Source of the DNA: Calditrichota bacterium
GTDB lineage: Bacteria > Zhuqueibacterota > JdFR-76 > BMS3Abin05
Length of the DNA: 24,355 nucleotides
Reading direction: 5' to 3'
NCBI GenBank assembly: GCA_013151735.1
Contig: JAADHR010000131.1
Location: forward strand, 1 to 24,355
Numbering within the stretch: position 1 is the first letter of the stretch; each line of letters starts with the position of its first letter. The notes beneath the pieces are model-generated. The model was not told the DNA's origin and ran no database searches. It worked only from the letters and a program-made list of their open reading frames with translations. This document shows positions 6,849-15,448 of the stretch, piece after piece. Position numbers and translations under genes: made by a program.

Positions 6849-9800
6849 ATGTCCTTCTTAAGGCTCAAACCCTCTTTCCCATCGCTTGTCGGAGAAATTA
6901 GCAAGCGCACGGCTGATGCACCTGTCGATCCCGAACGGCGCGTGGATTTTCACATTGGGAATCCTGTGCAGGATGACTCACTCGACCGGCTCTACAACGC
7001 CGTTCTTTCCGGAGCAGAGTTTCTACAGCCTTTTGCAGAAGATTTCAACGAAAGCGATTTTCTCTCGGATCTCGATGATCCCGATCTGTCCGAATATTTT
7101 AAGCTTTTGTTTGAAACCTCCCGGAAATCGGTGGCGTATTCGCCGGCCGGCGGATTTTCGCCGGGGAACCCGGGAACCCTGACGCGCAAACTGGAGGCCT
7201 TTTTTAATCGTGTTCAAGACTCACCCACACGATACCATTTTGGGGAAAAAGGCGCTCCGGAATTTGCCCTGGCCTCCGGCGGACGCTGGCAGGCCCTAAA
7301 GCTCTTGCTGCAAGTTCTCTTTGAACAGACCGAATATACCTCAACGCAGGGTCTTGTTTTGGGCCGTTTGCCATACCCCCAAATTCTTGCGGCCTGTTCA
7401 AATCAGGTAACTCTCGTCGAGAATTCAGGCCCTTCCTTCTTTCGGAAGCTGGAAGCCGCCCGCAAAAACTCCAAATCCGACGCGCTGCTGTTTGTTTTGC
7501 TGCTTCAAAAAGTACCCCAGGAGGATCGCAAGCGCCTGGGCGACTTTCTGCAGCAGCACCCCGTTCTTTTGATCGAAGCGAACGACTCTTTGCAGGCCGA
7601 AAGTCTGGCATCTTTTTCAAAACTAAAAGGCCAAATGATTCGCATTTTGTCACCGGCTGTCATTCATCCTTACCTGAACTGGTCCAGCCTGTCTTTCATT
7701 TTGGCTCCGGCGGATGTCATTGCGGCCTTTAACCGCCAGCATTTTAAAAAGATGGGGACACCGTCGGCAAGTGAAATCAAACTGCTGAATTTCTTTTTGG
7801 CAGAAGACGGAACCCTTCTGCCAGATCGGATACCGGGGGGGAAAACGCCCGATTTTTCGCGGTCTGAAACGGCTCAGACAAAGGGCCTCGTTTCAGATGT
7901 GCCGTTTCCGGCAGGCCTGTCTACTTTTCTCAAACGTATCCCCAAAATAGCCGAAGCCATCAGTCAAAATATTCAGCACGAAGCGGCTCGTTTGACCGCC
8001 CGTTCCGAACAGATGGCGGCCCGCCTTTCCGAAAGCATCCCGGGGCGCGGAGAGAAGCAGGGATACCCGCCGGCTCAGGATCCGTTTCTTGGAAGGCGCC
8101 AGGAAGACATGGTTCGGGATTTTTTTCGGAATTTGGGGAATCCGTCGTATCAGGAGGACCTGCAAAAATCGTTTCTGTCCGTTTTTCAATACCTTCATCC
8201 GGAGTATCAGCCGGATCATCTGATTCCGGTGAGCGGTTCCGCACGTACGGCGCTGAGCGCCATGGCCGAATTTTGGGACATTCGGGAAGTGATTGTTCCC
8301 GATTTTAGCTGGACTGTAAATGATGCCTTCCCCCGGGTAACGGCCGTTCCTCTCGGGGAAAACCTTCAATTGGATGCCCGCCGTTTCACTTCAGTCCTGC
8401 AAGAGAAAATGGCGGCTGATTCCAACTGGCGTAACACCGGGGCGGTCATTTTGAACAACCCGCACAACGCGACGGGAAAAATCTGGAATGAACGGGACGT
8501 TGAAGCTGTTTTACTTTTTTGTCTGCAAAACGGAATCCGGGTGATCGACGATCTCTCCTATTCAAATGTGGTGATCGCCTCTGCGGACGCGCGGGCGGAG
8601 CGTGTTCCCGTGAAAACCCTCAAAATGCTGGCCATCGGGGCCGTTTCACAGGGTAAACTTCGCCAGAGTCAGGTACGATTTCTGGTGACACTTCAATCCA
8701 TTTCCAAAACCGATTGTAAAGCCGGTGCCCGGCTGGCCGTCTGTGACGTGCCGGACCCGGTGCTTCGGAAAAAACTTTCTGCAGCACTTGCTCCCATTCC
8801 TCCCAACCTAATGGCTGTTTTCATGAGCACGCTGTTTTACCGGCAGGGGGAGGACAAGGTTGCCCGGTTTGCCCGGCTGAGGGATTGGATTATGTCGGAG
8901 CGGACAAAAGCGCTTCAGCGGGAATTTGAATCGTTGTCGTCGGAGGCGAATCCATATCACATGATTTATGTCTCTCCCGAAGGAGCCATGTACCCGCGTC
9001 TGTTTGTAACCGACATGCCCGGCACGGTTCAGATTGAAAAAATCGCTTTTCAACTGGCCGGGCAGGGGATTGGTCTGATTCCAATGACCAATTTTTCACA
9101 AACGGTGGAAGGATTTGATCTGGCCCGGCGGACGTTTCGACTGACCCTTGGCGGGCGGTTGGAAATGGATACCATTCCTCAAAAGGTTCGGCGGTTGGTC
9201 ACGGAATTGTCGGAACAAATCCGACGCCAGGCCGAAAATTACCACTATTATTCTCTGACGGAATCCGATCTTTTTCGGCAGGTGAAAGCCGATGCGGTTA
9301 CCCAACAGCGGCTGAGGGCGGTTCGGGAAAAATCAGATGCCGTGTTTGAAGAAATTCGAAATCTGGCAGCGAGCGAATTTTTGAACGCATGTCCGGAATG
9401 GGCCCGAAAAAACATGGCCGATTCAACGGCTTTGCAGGATTTCTTGACCCAGTTTTTGCCCAGTCGCTGGAGATTTTTCCAGAACCGGCTTTCTGACTGG
9501 CTTCTGATTCGGGAGGCGGTCCGCCTGAACGCGGAGAGTCCCGTTTTCAGGACCACCGTTCAGGAAAATTTTCTGAAGGAATTACAGATGGAGTCGTCCG
9601 GAACCCGCCGAAGACGCTTTTCGAGGCGCCTGTTCGATCGAACGGTTCATCCCACACAGATGTACTCCCTTCAGGTGGAACAGTGGCTCACACGGCTGGC
9701 AAAGGCGAGTGTGGCTCCGGAGGTGTACACGCCGGTATCCGCAAAAATGCTGTTTCGGGCTCTCGTCCAGGAATACGTTGGCGAAAACGTTCCGATTTCT

Positions 9801-12497
9801 TCCCAGATGGAAGCACAGGAAGCCATTTGCGACCTGGAGGCGCTTCATCTGGCCGAAATCTTCAATGAAATCTTTTTCGGGCACTCGCCGGGCGTCGTTC
9901 TTTCTCTGTGGGGCGATTGGGACGGCAGCACCCGCCCGAGTGGTCAGGGGCACACGTTGGTCAGCGGACCGCTCATTGCCAATATTCGGGCACTAACCCT
10001 GTTGGTTCACGGTCTTCAGAAAGAAAACCGGCTGACCGAGGAGGACCTAAAGCAGTTGGAGAAGATTGGGTCGATTGAAAAGCGAATCGAAAATTTTCAA
10101 AATATTCTGCAAAAGATTACCGGTTTGACCAGCCGCCTGGAAGAAAAATACCGGAAAACCATTCCCCTGGAATATTCACCGGGCAAAATACGGCAGTTTT
10201 TACGAAAGCTCGGCCTCTTGCGCGATCCCCTGAAGTCTATTTGGAAACACAACGACCGGAACGAACGCCGGATGCAGCAGTACCGAAAGCAGCGGTCATC
10301 TGAAATCAAACAATTATTCGAAATCAATCGTATCCTGACCGGGATGGTCGAGGCGGCCGTTTCCCGGAACCGGGAAACACTGCAAACTGCGGACACGTTG
10401 TTTTATTTGCAATCCTACAAAAACTATCTCAAGCGATTTTATTTGACGCCTCGCATCCACCAAAAAATTATTCTGGATAAAGATCAGTTTACAATTGACA
10501 CAACGGTTTACAATTTGGTGGAACTCAATGTTCTGGCTAACCAGTACGGGTACGATGGATTTGTCCTGGTGATTCAGGTCAGCATGGCCAGCAGTGCCAG
10601 GGCCATTTTAACCCTTTACCAGAAATTGTGTGAGGAGAAGGCGCGGGTTTTGCGAAAAATACCGGGTCTGCATTTGCCGGATATCCGGGTTGTTCCCCTG
10701 TTTGAAGAGCTGGAGGCTATTCGGCACATTCCGGAATTCCTGGATGAAATCTGGGCGTTTTCCGAGACCACGCGCAAATTGGGTCAGCCTACGGCCGATC
10801 GTTTTCGGGAAATTATTGGGGAGTTTTTTATTGCGGGTTCTGATTTGAGCCAGCAGGTGGGACAATTGAAGGCGTATTCGCTCTATCAGGATGCGCGGGA
10901 AATGCTGGATCGCTGGATGTGGGAAAAGAACCTGTTGGGGAGAATTCGTATTAAATTCGGCTCGGGAGAATCGCCGCAACGACAGGGAGGCTATTACGAT
11001 GCCACGGGAGGCCGGCCGGTTTTTGTTGAAGAATTTTACGAAAAAAACCCAATCGTTGAGTCAATGGAACCCCTGAAAAGGGTTTCTCTCCGCCACGCCC
11101 GGTCCCCTCTGTCCGGAATTCTCAGCCACAGCGATTTTCGAACCTTCCAGTCAAATGTGATGGAACAGCTCCGCGGACTTCGGGCCCAGGAATTGGCGAA
11201 TGTTTTTAATCACATTCGAATCAAGCAGCAAGACTTCTGGACTCGCGTGCTTTCAAGGGCTTCCCGGCTTCCGGTTGAAGGAGACAAAACCTGGACGATT
11301 CTCCGCCACCTCATTCGCAGGGAGGATGATGCCGTATTTCTGGAATTTCTGGATGATGTACAGACCAATTTTAAGCAGATTGTCTACGGCCGCCCTGAAG
11401 ACATGACGGGTATTCACGTGGTTTCCTATTTCTTGTCCCGGACCCTTTTGCCGCTTCGCGACCGCCCCACGGTCCGGCCAAGCAAGGAACCGGCAGTGGA
11501 TCGAAGCCGGGAAATTGTGGAACGCCTTTCCAGTACACTGCCCCTGGCTACTCACGGAACGCTTTTGCGGGCAATCGGCCACAACAAGGCGCAGACGATT
11601 TTGCTGGGAGTCAATCAATTTACGACAGGGCTTTTCCGCGCGACTTACCAATTTTTGGAACGGGGAAACAGGAACCGACTGGAGTTGTTTCAACAACATA
11701 TTTTGCCTCATCTGCCCGTCCGGGATATTTTGAATACCCTTCGGCTGTATCACGATCCTGAATTAACCTGCGTCCGGCAGGTTGAAGATGTGTTCCCGCC
11801 GGGGAATTCGGCCCTGAAAGCCCTGAAAGAGGATCAGTCCGTTTTGAAAGATTTTGTCCCCCTGTTTCAGGAAGAATTACTGCGGAAAAACGGTGTGTTG
11901 GCAAAAGGGCAACTGCCATCCAGAAAAGAATGGGATGATCTGATTCCATTTCTTCGCCCGGATTTGGCGGTTCTTTTACAGGAAGATATTTTTAACACAC
12001 AGCCTGAAGTGCTGCCCGGATGGGCGCACGTCCCTGAAAGCCTTCGTCCGAAATGGGAAGAGGAGTTTATCAGGCGCCGGATTATTGCTGACACTCGTGA
12101 AAAAATGTGGCACATGCTCCGGGAGCCGATTTCCGAACAGGTGCGGAGTTTTATTGAACTGGCCCGGGCGGTGAAATCGCTGTTTTCGCGCGAGTCCCGA
12201 TTTGAGCCTCCAACAGGCAGTGTTTCGCGTGGGCGTGTGACGCGCCTGGCCTCCCAAATTAATGATATGCTCCGAAATGTAGTGGACGACAGCATGCGTC
12301 AGTTTTTACTGACCGCCGTGCAGTATTTTATTTATTTGCCCGAAACCATGAAAGATATTCCGGAAGAGGTGCTCCTTGCCCTGCGGGACATGGAGAAAAT
12401 TCTCAAATTGGATGAAGAGGCACTCACGCGGGAACAACAAAAAATCCTGCTTTCCTATTTTTTGAAAATGGCACGAATCAGTGGAAATAGCGGATAG
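6849..12497 (+). CDS. 1882-aa multidomain protein: degenerate class I/II aminotransferase-like fold + intact class I/II PLP aminotransferase fold + divergent phosphoenolpyruvate carboxylase (PEPC)-like C-terminal domain
   Basis: This is a single uninterrupted 5.6-kb ORF. Residues ~25-300 carry aminotransferase-like landmarks (VDFHIGNP, YSPAGG, ALASGGRWQAL) but no PLP lysine. Residues ~425-700 carry NLGNPS, IPVSGSARTAL, NNPHNATG, IDDLSYSN and SISKTDCKAGARLA, the class I NPxNPTG motif and the SxSKxxxxxGxRxG PLP-lysine motif. Residues ~790-1882 carry the PEPC motifs in canonical order: TVHPTQ (TAHPTE), SLWGDWDGSTRP (SWMGGDRDGNP), FVLVIQVSMASSARAIL (YVISMAKTPSDVL), VVPLFEELEAI (VVPLFETLDDL), IAGSDLSQQVG (IGYSDSAKDAG), KFGSGESPQRQGG (FHGRGGSIGRGG), LLRAIGHNKAQTILLG (LRAIPWIFAWTQNRLML) and a C-terminal ...ARISGNSG (...AGMRNTG). 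Confidence 0.8.
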   Translation: MSFLRLKPSFPSLVGEISKRTADAPVDPERRVDFHIGNPVQDDSLDRLYNAVLSGAEFLQPFAEDFNESDFLSDLDDPDLSEYFKLLFETSRKSVAYSPAGGFSPGNPGTLTRKLEAFFNRVQDSPTRYHFGEKGAPEFALASGGRWQALKLLLQVLFEQTEYTSTQGLVLGRLPYPQILAACSNQVTLVENSGPSFFRKLEAARKNSKSDALLFVLLLQKVPQEDRKRLGDFLQQHPVLLIEANDSLQAESLASFSKLKGQMIRILSPAVIHPYLNWSSLSFILAPADVIAAFNRQHFKKMGTPSASEIKLLNFFLAEDGTLLPDRIPGGKTPDFSRSETAQTKGLVSDVPFPAGLSTFLKRIPKIAEAISQNIQHEAARLTARSEQMAARLSESIPGRGEKQGYPPAQDPFLGRRQEDMVRDFFRNLGNPSYQEDLQKSFLSVFQYLHPEYQPDHLIPVSGSARTALSAMAEFWDIREVIVPDFSWTVNDAFPRVTAVPLGENLQLDARRFTSVLQEKMAADSNWRNTGAVILNNPHNATGKIWNERDVEAVLLFCLQNGIRVIDDLSYSNVVIASADARAERVPVKTLKMLAIGAVSQGKLRQSQVRFLVTLQSISKTDCKAGARLAVCDVPDPVLRKKLSAALAPIPPNLMAVFMSTLFYRQGEDKVARFARLRDWIMSERTKALQREFESLSSEANPYHMIYVSPEGAMYPRLFVTDMPGTVQIEKIAFQLAGQGIGLIPMTNFSQTVEGFDLARRTFRLTLGGRLEMDTIPQKVRRLVTELSEQIRRQAENYHYYSLTESDLFRQVKADAVTQQRLRAVREKSDAVFEEIRNLAASEFLNACPEWARKNMADSTALQDFLTQFLPSRWRFFQNRLSDWLLIREAVRLNAESPVFRTTVQENFLKELQMESSGTRRRRFSRRLFDRTVHPTQMYSLQVEQWLTRLAKASVAPEVYTPVSAKMLFRALVQEYVGENVPISSQMEAQEAICDLEALHLAEIFNEIFFGHSPGVVLSLWGDWDGSTRPSGQGHTLVSGPLIANIRALTLLVHGLQKENRLTEEDLKQLEKIGSIEKRIENFQNILQKITGLTSRLEEKYRKTIPLEYSPGKIRQFLRKLGLLRDPLKSIWKHNDRNERRMQQYRKQRSSEIKQLFEINRILTGMVEAAVSRNRETLQTADTLFYLQSYKNYLKRFYLTPRIHQKIILDKDQFTIDTTVYNLVELNVLANQYGYDGFVLVIQVSMASSARAILTLYQKLCEEKARVLRKIPGLHLPDIRVVPLFEELEAIRHIPEFLDEIWAFSETTRKLGQPTADRFREIIGEFFIAGSDLSQQVGQLKAYSLYQDAREMLDRWMWEKNLLGRIRIKFGSGESPQRQGGYYDATGGRPVFVEEFYEKNPIVESMEPLKRVSLRHARSPLSGILSHSDFRTFQSNVMEQLRGLRAQELANVFNHIRIKQQDFWTRVLSRASRLPVEGDKTWTILRHLIRREDDAVFLEFLDDVQTNFKQIVYGRPEDMTGIHVVSYFLSRTLLPLRDRPTVRPSKEPAVDRSREIVERLSSTLPLATHGTLLRAIGHNKAQTILLGVNQFTTGLFRATYQFLERGNRNRLELFQQHILPHLPVRDILNTLRLYHDPELTCVRQVEDVFPPGNSALKALKEDQSVLKDFVPLFQEELLRKNGVLAKGQLPSRKEWDDLIPFLRPDLAVLLQEDIFNTQPEVLPGWAHVPESLRPKWEEEFIRRRIIADTREKMWHMLREPISEQVRSFIELARAVKSLFSRESRFEPPTGSVSRGRVTRLASQINDMLRNVVDDSMRQFLLTAVQYFIYLPETMKDIPEEVLLALRDMEKILKLDEEALTREQQKILLSYFLKMARISGNSG

Positions 12498-12501
12498 AAG
12501 A

Positions 12502-13030
12502 AAGACACACCCCTAAATCCGCCTCTTAATAGAGGGGACTTTGGTGGGGTGGTCTTGGGGAGAGCGGGGAAAAAGGTGAAATGCGCTGTTTTTGGTAAGA
12601 TTTTAGGACTTTGCAAGAATAAAAATCCCCTCTTGAGAGGGGTGGTCTGCCTCCGGCAGAGCGGGGTGTGTGACGGTGTTTATTTTTGAGGGTAGTATTT
12701 GAATTTCAAATGGGAAAAGTAAAAGGACACACCCCTAAATCCCCTCTTAATAGAGGGGACTTTGGTGGGGTGGTTTTGGGGAGAGCAGGAAAAAAGTGAA
12801 ATGCGCTGTTTTTGGTAAGATTTTAGGATTTTGCAAGAATTAAAAATCCCCTCTTGAGAGGGGTGGTCGGCCTCCGGCAGAGCGGGGTGTGTGACGGTGT
12901 TTATTTTTGAGGGTAGTATTTGAATTTCAAATGGGAAAAGTGAAAGGACACACCCCTAAATCCCCTCTTAATAGAGGGGACTTTAGTTAAGTGGCTTTGG
13001 GAAAGAAGGGGAAAAAGGGGAAAAGAATTA
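12502..13030. repeat. ~221-bp tandem direct repeat, 2 full near-identical copies (~96%) plus a diverging third partial copy, filling the intergenic region
   Basis: Unit starts (gacacacccc) are at 12504, 12726 and 12947. Each unit has two GC-rich hairpins: cccctc-ttaata-gagggg and cccctc-ttga-gagggg. The second is flanked by an A/T run, giving a minus-strand intrinsic-terminator shape. Each unit also has 9-10-bp terminal inverted repeats gacacacccc...ggggtgtgtgac, a T-tract, and a perfect 15-bp palindrome ATTTGAATTTCAAAT. Confidence 0.9.
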
Positions 13031-13122
13031 CCCCATTCGGGTAAAAATCTGCTTCACACATCTTACATCATTCATCCCCTGATTTGTCAGGGAATACTAC
13101 TCACCCTATCGAGGAGTTAAAA

Positions 13123-14436
13123 ATGAAACCAGAGATTTACGTCATCAGTTTGGGCGCGGATAAACCCAAAGGTGTACCGGGATGGCCAAATGCCGAATTG
13201 GATCCAAAGGAACGGGCAGCAGAACTTTTCAAAAAGGTGAAATCCTTTTTCCCCAATTACACCTTTAGCGGCGGTGAGCTTTTGGACAGTACAAACGATG
13301 CGTTCAATGCATTTAAGGCCCGCGTCGAAAAGGCCCAACCGGATGGTGTGCTCATCTTCGGGCTGGCCATTCCACACCATACCGTGAAGCGTTTTGGTGA
13401 ATTAAACATACCCATGCTCTGGGTGAATGATCCTTATGGCGGCGATCTTTATTATTTGGACGCGATGGAGGTGGGACTTCAGGAGAAATGGCCGTTTGTG
13501 GGGTTGAGTTCGTCCCGTTTTTCCGATATTGGGAAAAAACTGCGTTATTTCGACGTCATTCGTGGATTGCGCGACTCCAGAATTCTGGCCGTCCGGGATC
13601 GTGCGTATCCGGCAGACTATGTGGAAAAAATCAGGCGAAACCTGGGGGTCGAGATTCTTGTTTTGAATCACGAGGCCTTTAATGCCGTGTACGAGAATGT
13701 GTCTGAGGAAGAAGCCAAACAGTGGGCAGAGCGCTGGATTTCGGAAGCAGAAAAGGTGATGGAACCGCAATTTGAGGATGTTCTGGCGGGAGCCAAAACC
13801 TACCTGGCCCTGAAGGAACTCATGGCCCGGGAAAAGGCCAACACCGTCACGGTGGATTGCCTTGATTTGGTTTACAGAAAAAAGATTTCCGCCTATCCCT
13901 GTCTGGCGTTTTTTCAGTTGAACAATGAGGGCTCCACCGGTATTTGCGAGGCAGACATCGATTCGGCCCTCACGCAATTGATTATCCGCTTTTTGGCTGA
14001 ACGTCCGGGGTATGTTTCCGATCCTGTGATTGATCAGGGAACCGGACAGATTGTTTACGCCCATTGTGTAGCGGCCTCCAGGATGAAAGGGCCGAAGCGG
14101 GAAGCCATGCCGTACATTTTGCGGTCGCATGCCGAGGACAATTCGGGCGCCTCGGTTCAGGTAAAAATGACGCCGGGTGAAATTATGTCGACCATAAAAT
14201 TTGATATCAAAACCAATCGGATTGCGTTTCACAAGGGTAAAATCGCAGGCAACATTGACACCGATCGGGCCTGCCGAACAAAGGTAGCCGTGGAAGTGGA
14301 CACGGACGCCCTGGCCCGAAATTACCAGGTGTCAAAATTTGGCTGGCACCGCGTTTCCTTTTACGGCGACTGGGAGACGGAAATCCGCGAGTTGGCTCAG
14401 CTCATGCAGTGGGAATTTTGGGACGAATTAAAATAG
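13123..14436 (+). CDS. hypothetical 438-aa cytoplasmic protein of unknown function (weak, unverified resemblance to sugar-isomerase-like folds)
   Basis: GAGGAG lies 6 nt upstream of the ATG at 13123. The TTG at 13084 is a less likely start. The composition is protein-like, and the internal antisense ORF 13402-14232 looks like a shadow. No motif I can assign with confidence. CEADIDSAL and VYAHCVA are only loosely reminiscent of FucI/AraA-type metal-site motifs. Confidence 0.55.
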   Translation: MKPEIYVISLGADKPKGVPGWPNAELDPKERAAELFKKVKSFFPNYTFSGGELLDSTNDAFNAFKARVEKAQPDGVLIFGLAIPHHTVKRFGELNIPMLWVNDPYGGDLYYLDAMEVGLQEKWPFVGLSSSRFSDIGKKLRYFDVIRGLRDSRILAVRDRAYPADYVEKIRRNLGVEILVLNHEAFNAVYENVSEEEAKQWAERWISEAEKVMEPQFEDVLAGAKTYLALKELMAREKANTVTVDCLDLVYRKKISAYPCLAFFQLNNEGSTGICEADIDSALTQLIIRFLAERPGYVSDPVIDQGTGQIVYAHCVAASRMKGPKREAMPYILRSHAEDNSGASVQVKMTPGEIMSTIKFDIKTNRIAFHKGKIAGNIDTDRACRTKVAVEVDTDALARNYQVSKFGWHRVSFYGDWETEIRELAQLMQWEFWDELK

Positions 14437-14608
14437 GCCAAAAAATATTGCAGCCAGAGTGCGGAGGAGATTTTCTTATGTTCAGTCAAAAAACAATGAA
14501 TTAAACGAATCGCCCTGATTTTTGTTTTAATAAAATCGCTTTGTGAAAATTCGTGGAATGGGTGGAAAAAAAGCTTTTTAAAGTAAACTCGTTCCTGGAT
14601 CCTGATTC

Positions 14609-15268
14609 TTACTTGATTTTTGCTTGTGCTTGTTTCGTTTCTAACTCCACACGAAAACAACGTTCGCCCTCCAATATAAAGGGGGAAAATCCCATTCGGT
14701 GCAAATACCGCTCGTGGACTTTGCCGCCGGGTCGGGTGTAAATAATGAAAAAACCGCGTGAAGTAAAAAACTCGGCTTTGCGGTGGTACACATATTTCCC
14801 AATCTTAAAGTCCCGATATCCGGGAATAACGAAATCGAGTGTAACAAAAAGACTGTGTGTGTCCTGAACGTCGGCAATAAACAGGCCGGCGGGTACCATG
14901 TTGCGCAATACGAAAAAAATAATCAGGTTTTTATCCGGATTGAATTTGAAATCGGGTTGAAATTTTTCAATCTCCGTGGCGTAAAACTCGAGAAAATAGT
15001 TTAAATATTTGGAATCCTTTTTTACCTCCAAAAGCGTGAAGTATTCCTTTGTCCCGAAGATCTGGATTAAAAAGTAGAGGTCAATCAAAACAATTAAAAA
15101 ATTCAGAATCACAATTGGGTACGCATGAATCAGAAATCCGTAAAGCGTAAATGCAGCGGCTCCAATCAAATTTATGATACGCAATTTTAGAATCGAGCTC
15201 ATCATGAGCGAAATGGCAACCAGAATGGAAGCAAAATAGCCAATCAATTCAAATGTACCGATGTGCAT
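14609..15268 (-). CDS. hypothetical membrane protein (3 N-terminal TM helices + ~130-aa soluble C-terminal domain)
   Basis: Hydrophobic stretches are ELIGYFASILVAISLMM, LIGAAAFTLYGFLIHAY and IVILNFLIVLIDLYFLIQIF. The gene is divergent from the histidine kinase gene. No recognisable catalytic motif. Confidence 0.5.
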   Translation of the reverse strand: MHIGTFELIGYFASILVAISLMMSSILKLRIINLIGAAAFTLYGFLIHAYPIVILNFLIVLIDLYFLIQIFGTKEYFTLLEVKKDSKYLNYFLEFYATEIEKFQPDFKFNPDKNLIIFFVLRNMVPAGLFIADVQDTHSLFVTLDFVIPGYRDFKIGKYVYHRKAEFFTSRGFFIIYTRPGGKVHERYLHRMGFSPFILEGERCFRVELETKQAQAKIK

Positions 15269-15448
15269 GAAAAAGGTGTCCTTTTTTATCGTTTAAGCCA
15301 ACTCCGGGGAATGACAAAAAAAGAGAAGCCATCTAACATCCGCATGAGAGGGCTCGTCTCTAAGAGAGTTTTCCGCGCTTACACCGATTAGGCAATCCTC
15401 ACTTGTTTGATGCAAAAGCCAAACTATCCGGCATAAATAAAATAAATT

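Noticed and set aside
7204-12295. Multiple 90-170-aa ORFs on the minus strand and in alternative plus frames inside the giant gene (e.g. 7204-7653, 7893-8369, 11253-11753, 11867-12295)
   Set aside because: All overlap the continuous 1882-aa frame, which carries recognisable enzyme motifs. Their compositions are R/P/G-biased shadow translations.
12502-13030. CRISPR array interpretation of the tandem repeats
   Set aside because: The period is ~221 bp of near-identical sequence with no unique spacers. There are no cas genes. The structure is a tandem duplication, not repeat-spacer.
13084-13122. TTG start for the hypothetical gene
   Set aside because: The downstream ATG at 13123 has a strong GAGGAG Shine-Dalgarno sequence at optimal spacing. 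The TTG has none.
13402-14232. 276-aa antisense ORF inside the 13123-14436 gene
   Set aside because: It is completely embedded antisense to a gene with good start signals. Its Arg/Gly/His/Phe-rich, low-complexity translation is typical of shadow ORFs.
14437-14608. AAAAAGCTTTTT palindrome (around 14571-14582) as terminator between convergent genes
   Set aside because: The stem would be all A:T with no GC clamp, so it is unlikely to be a stable intrinsic terminator.
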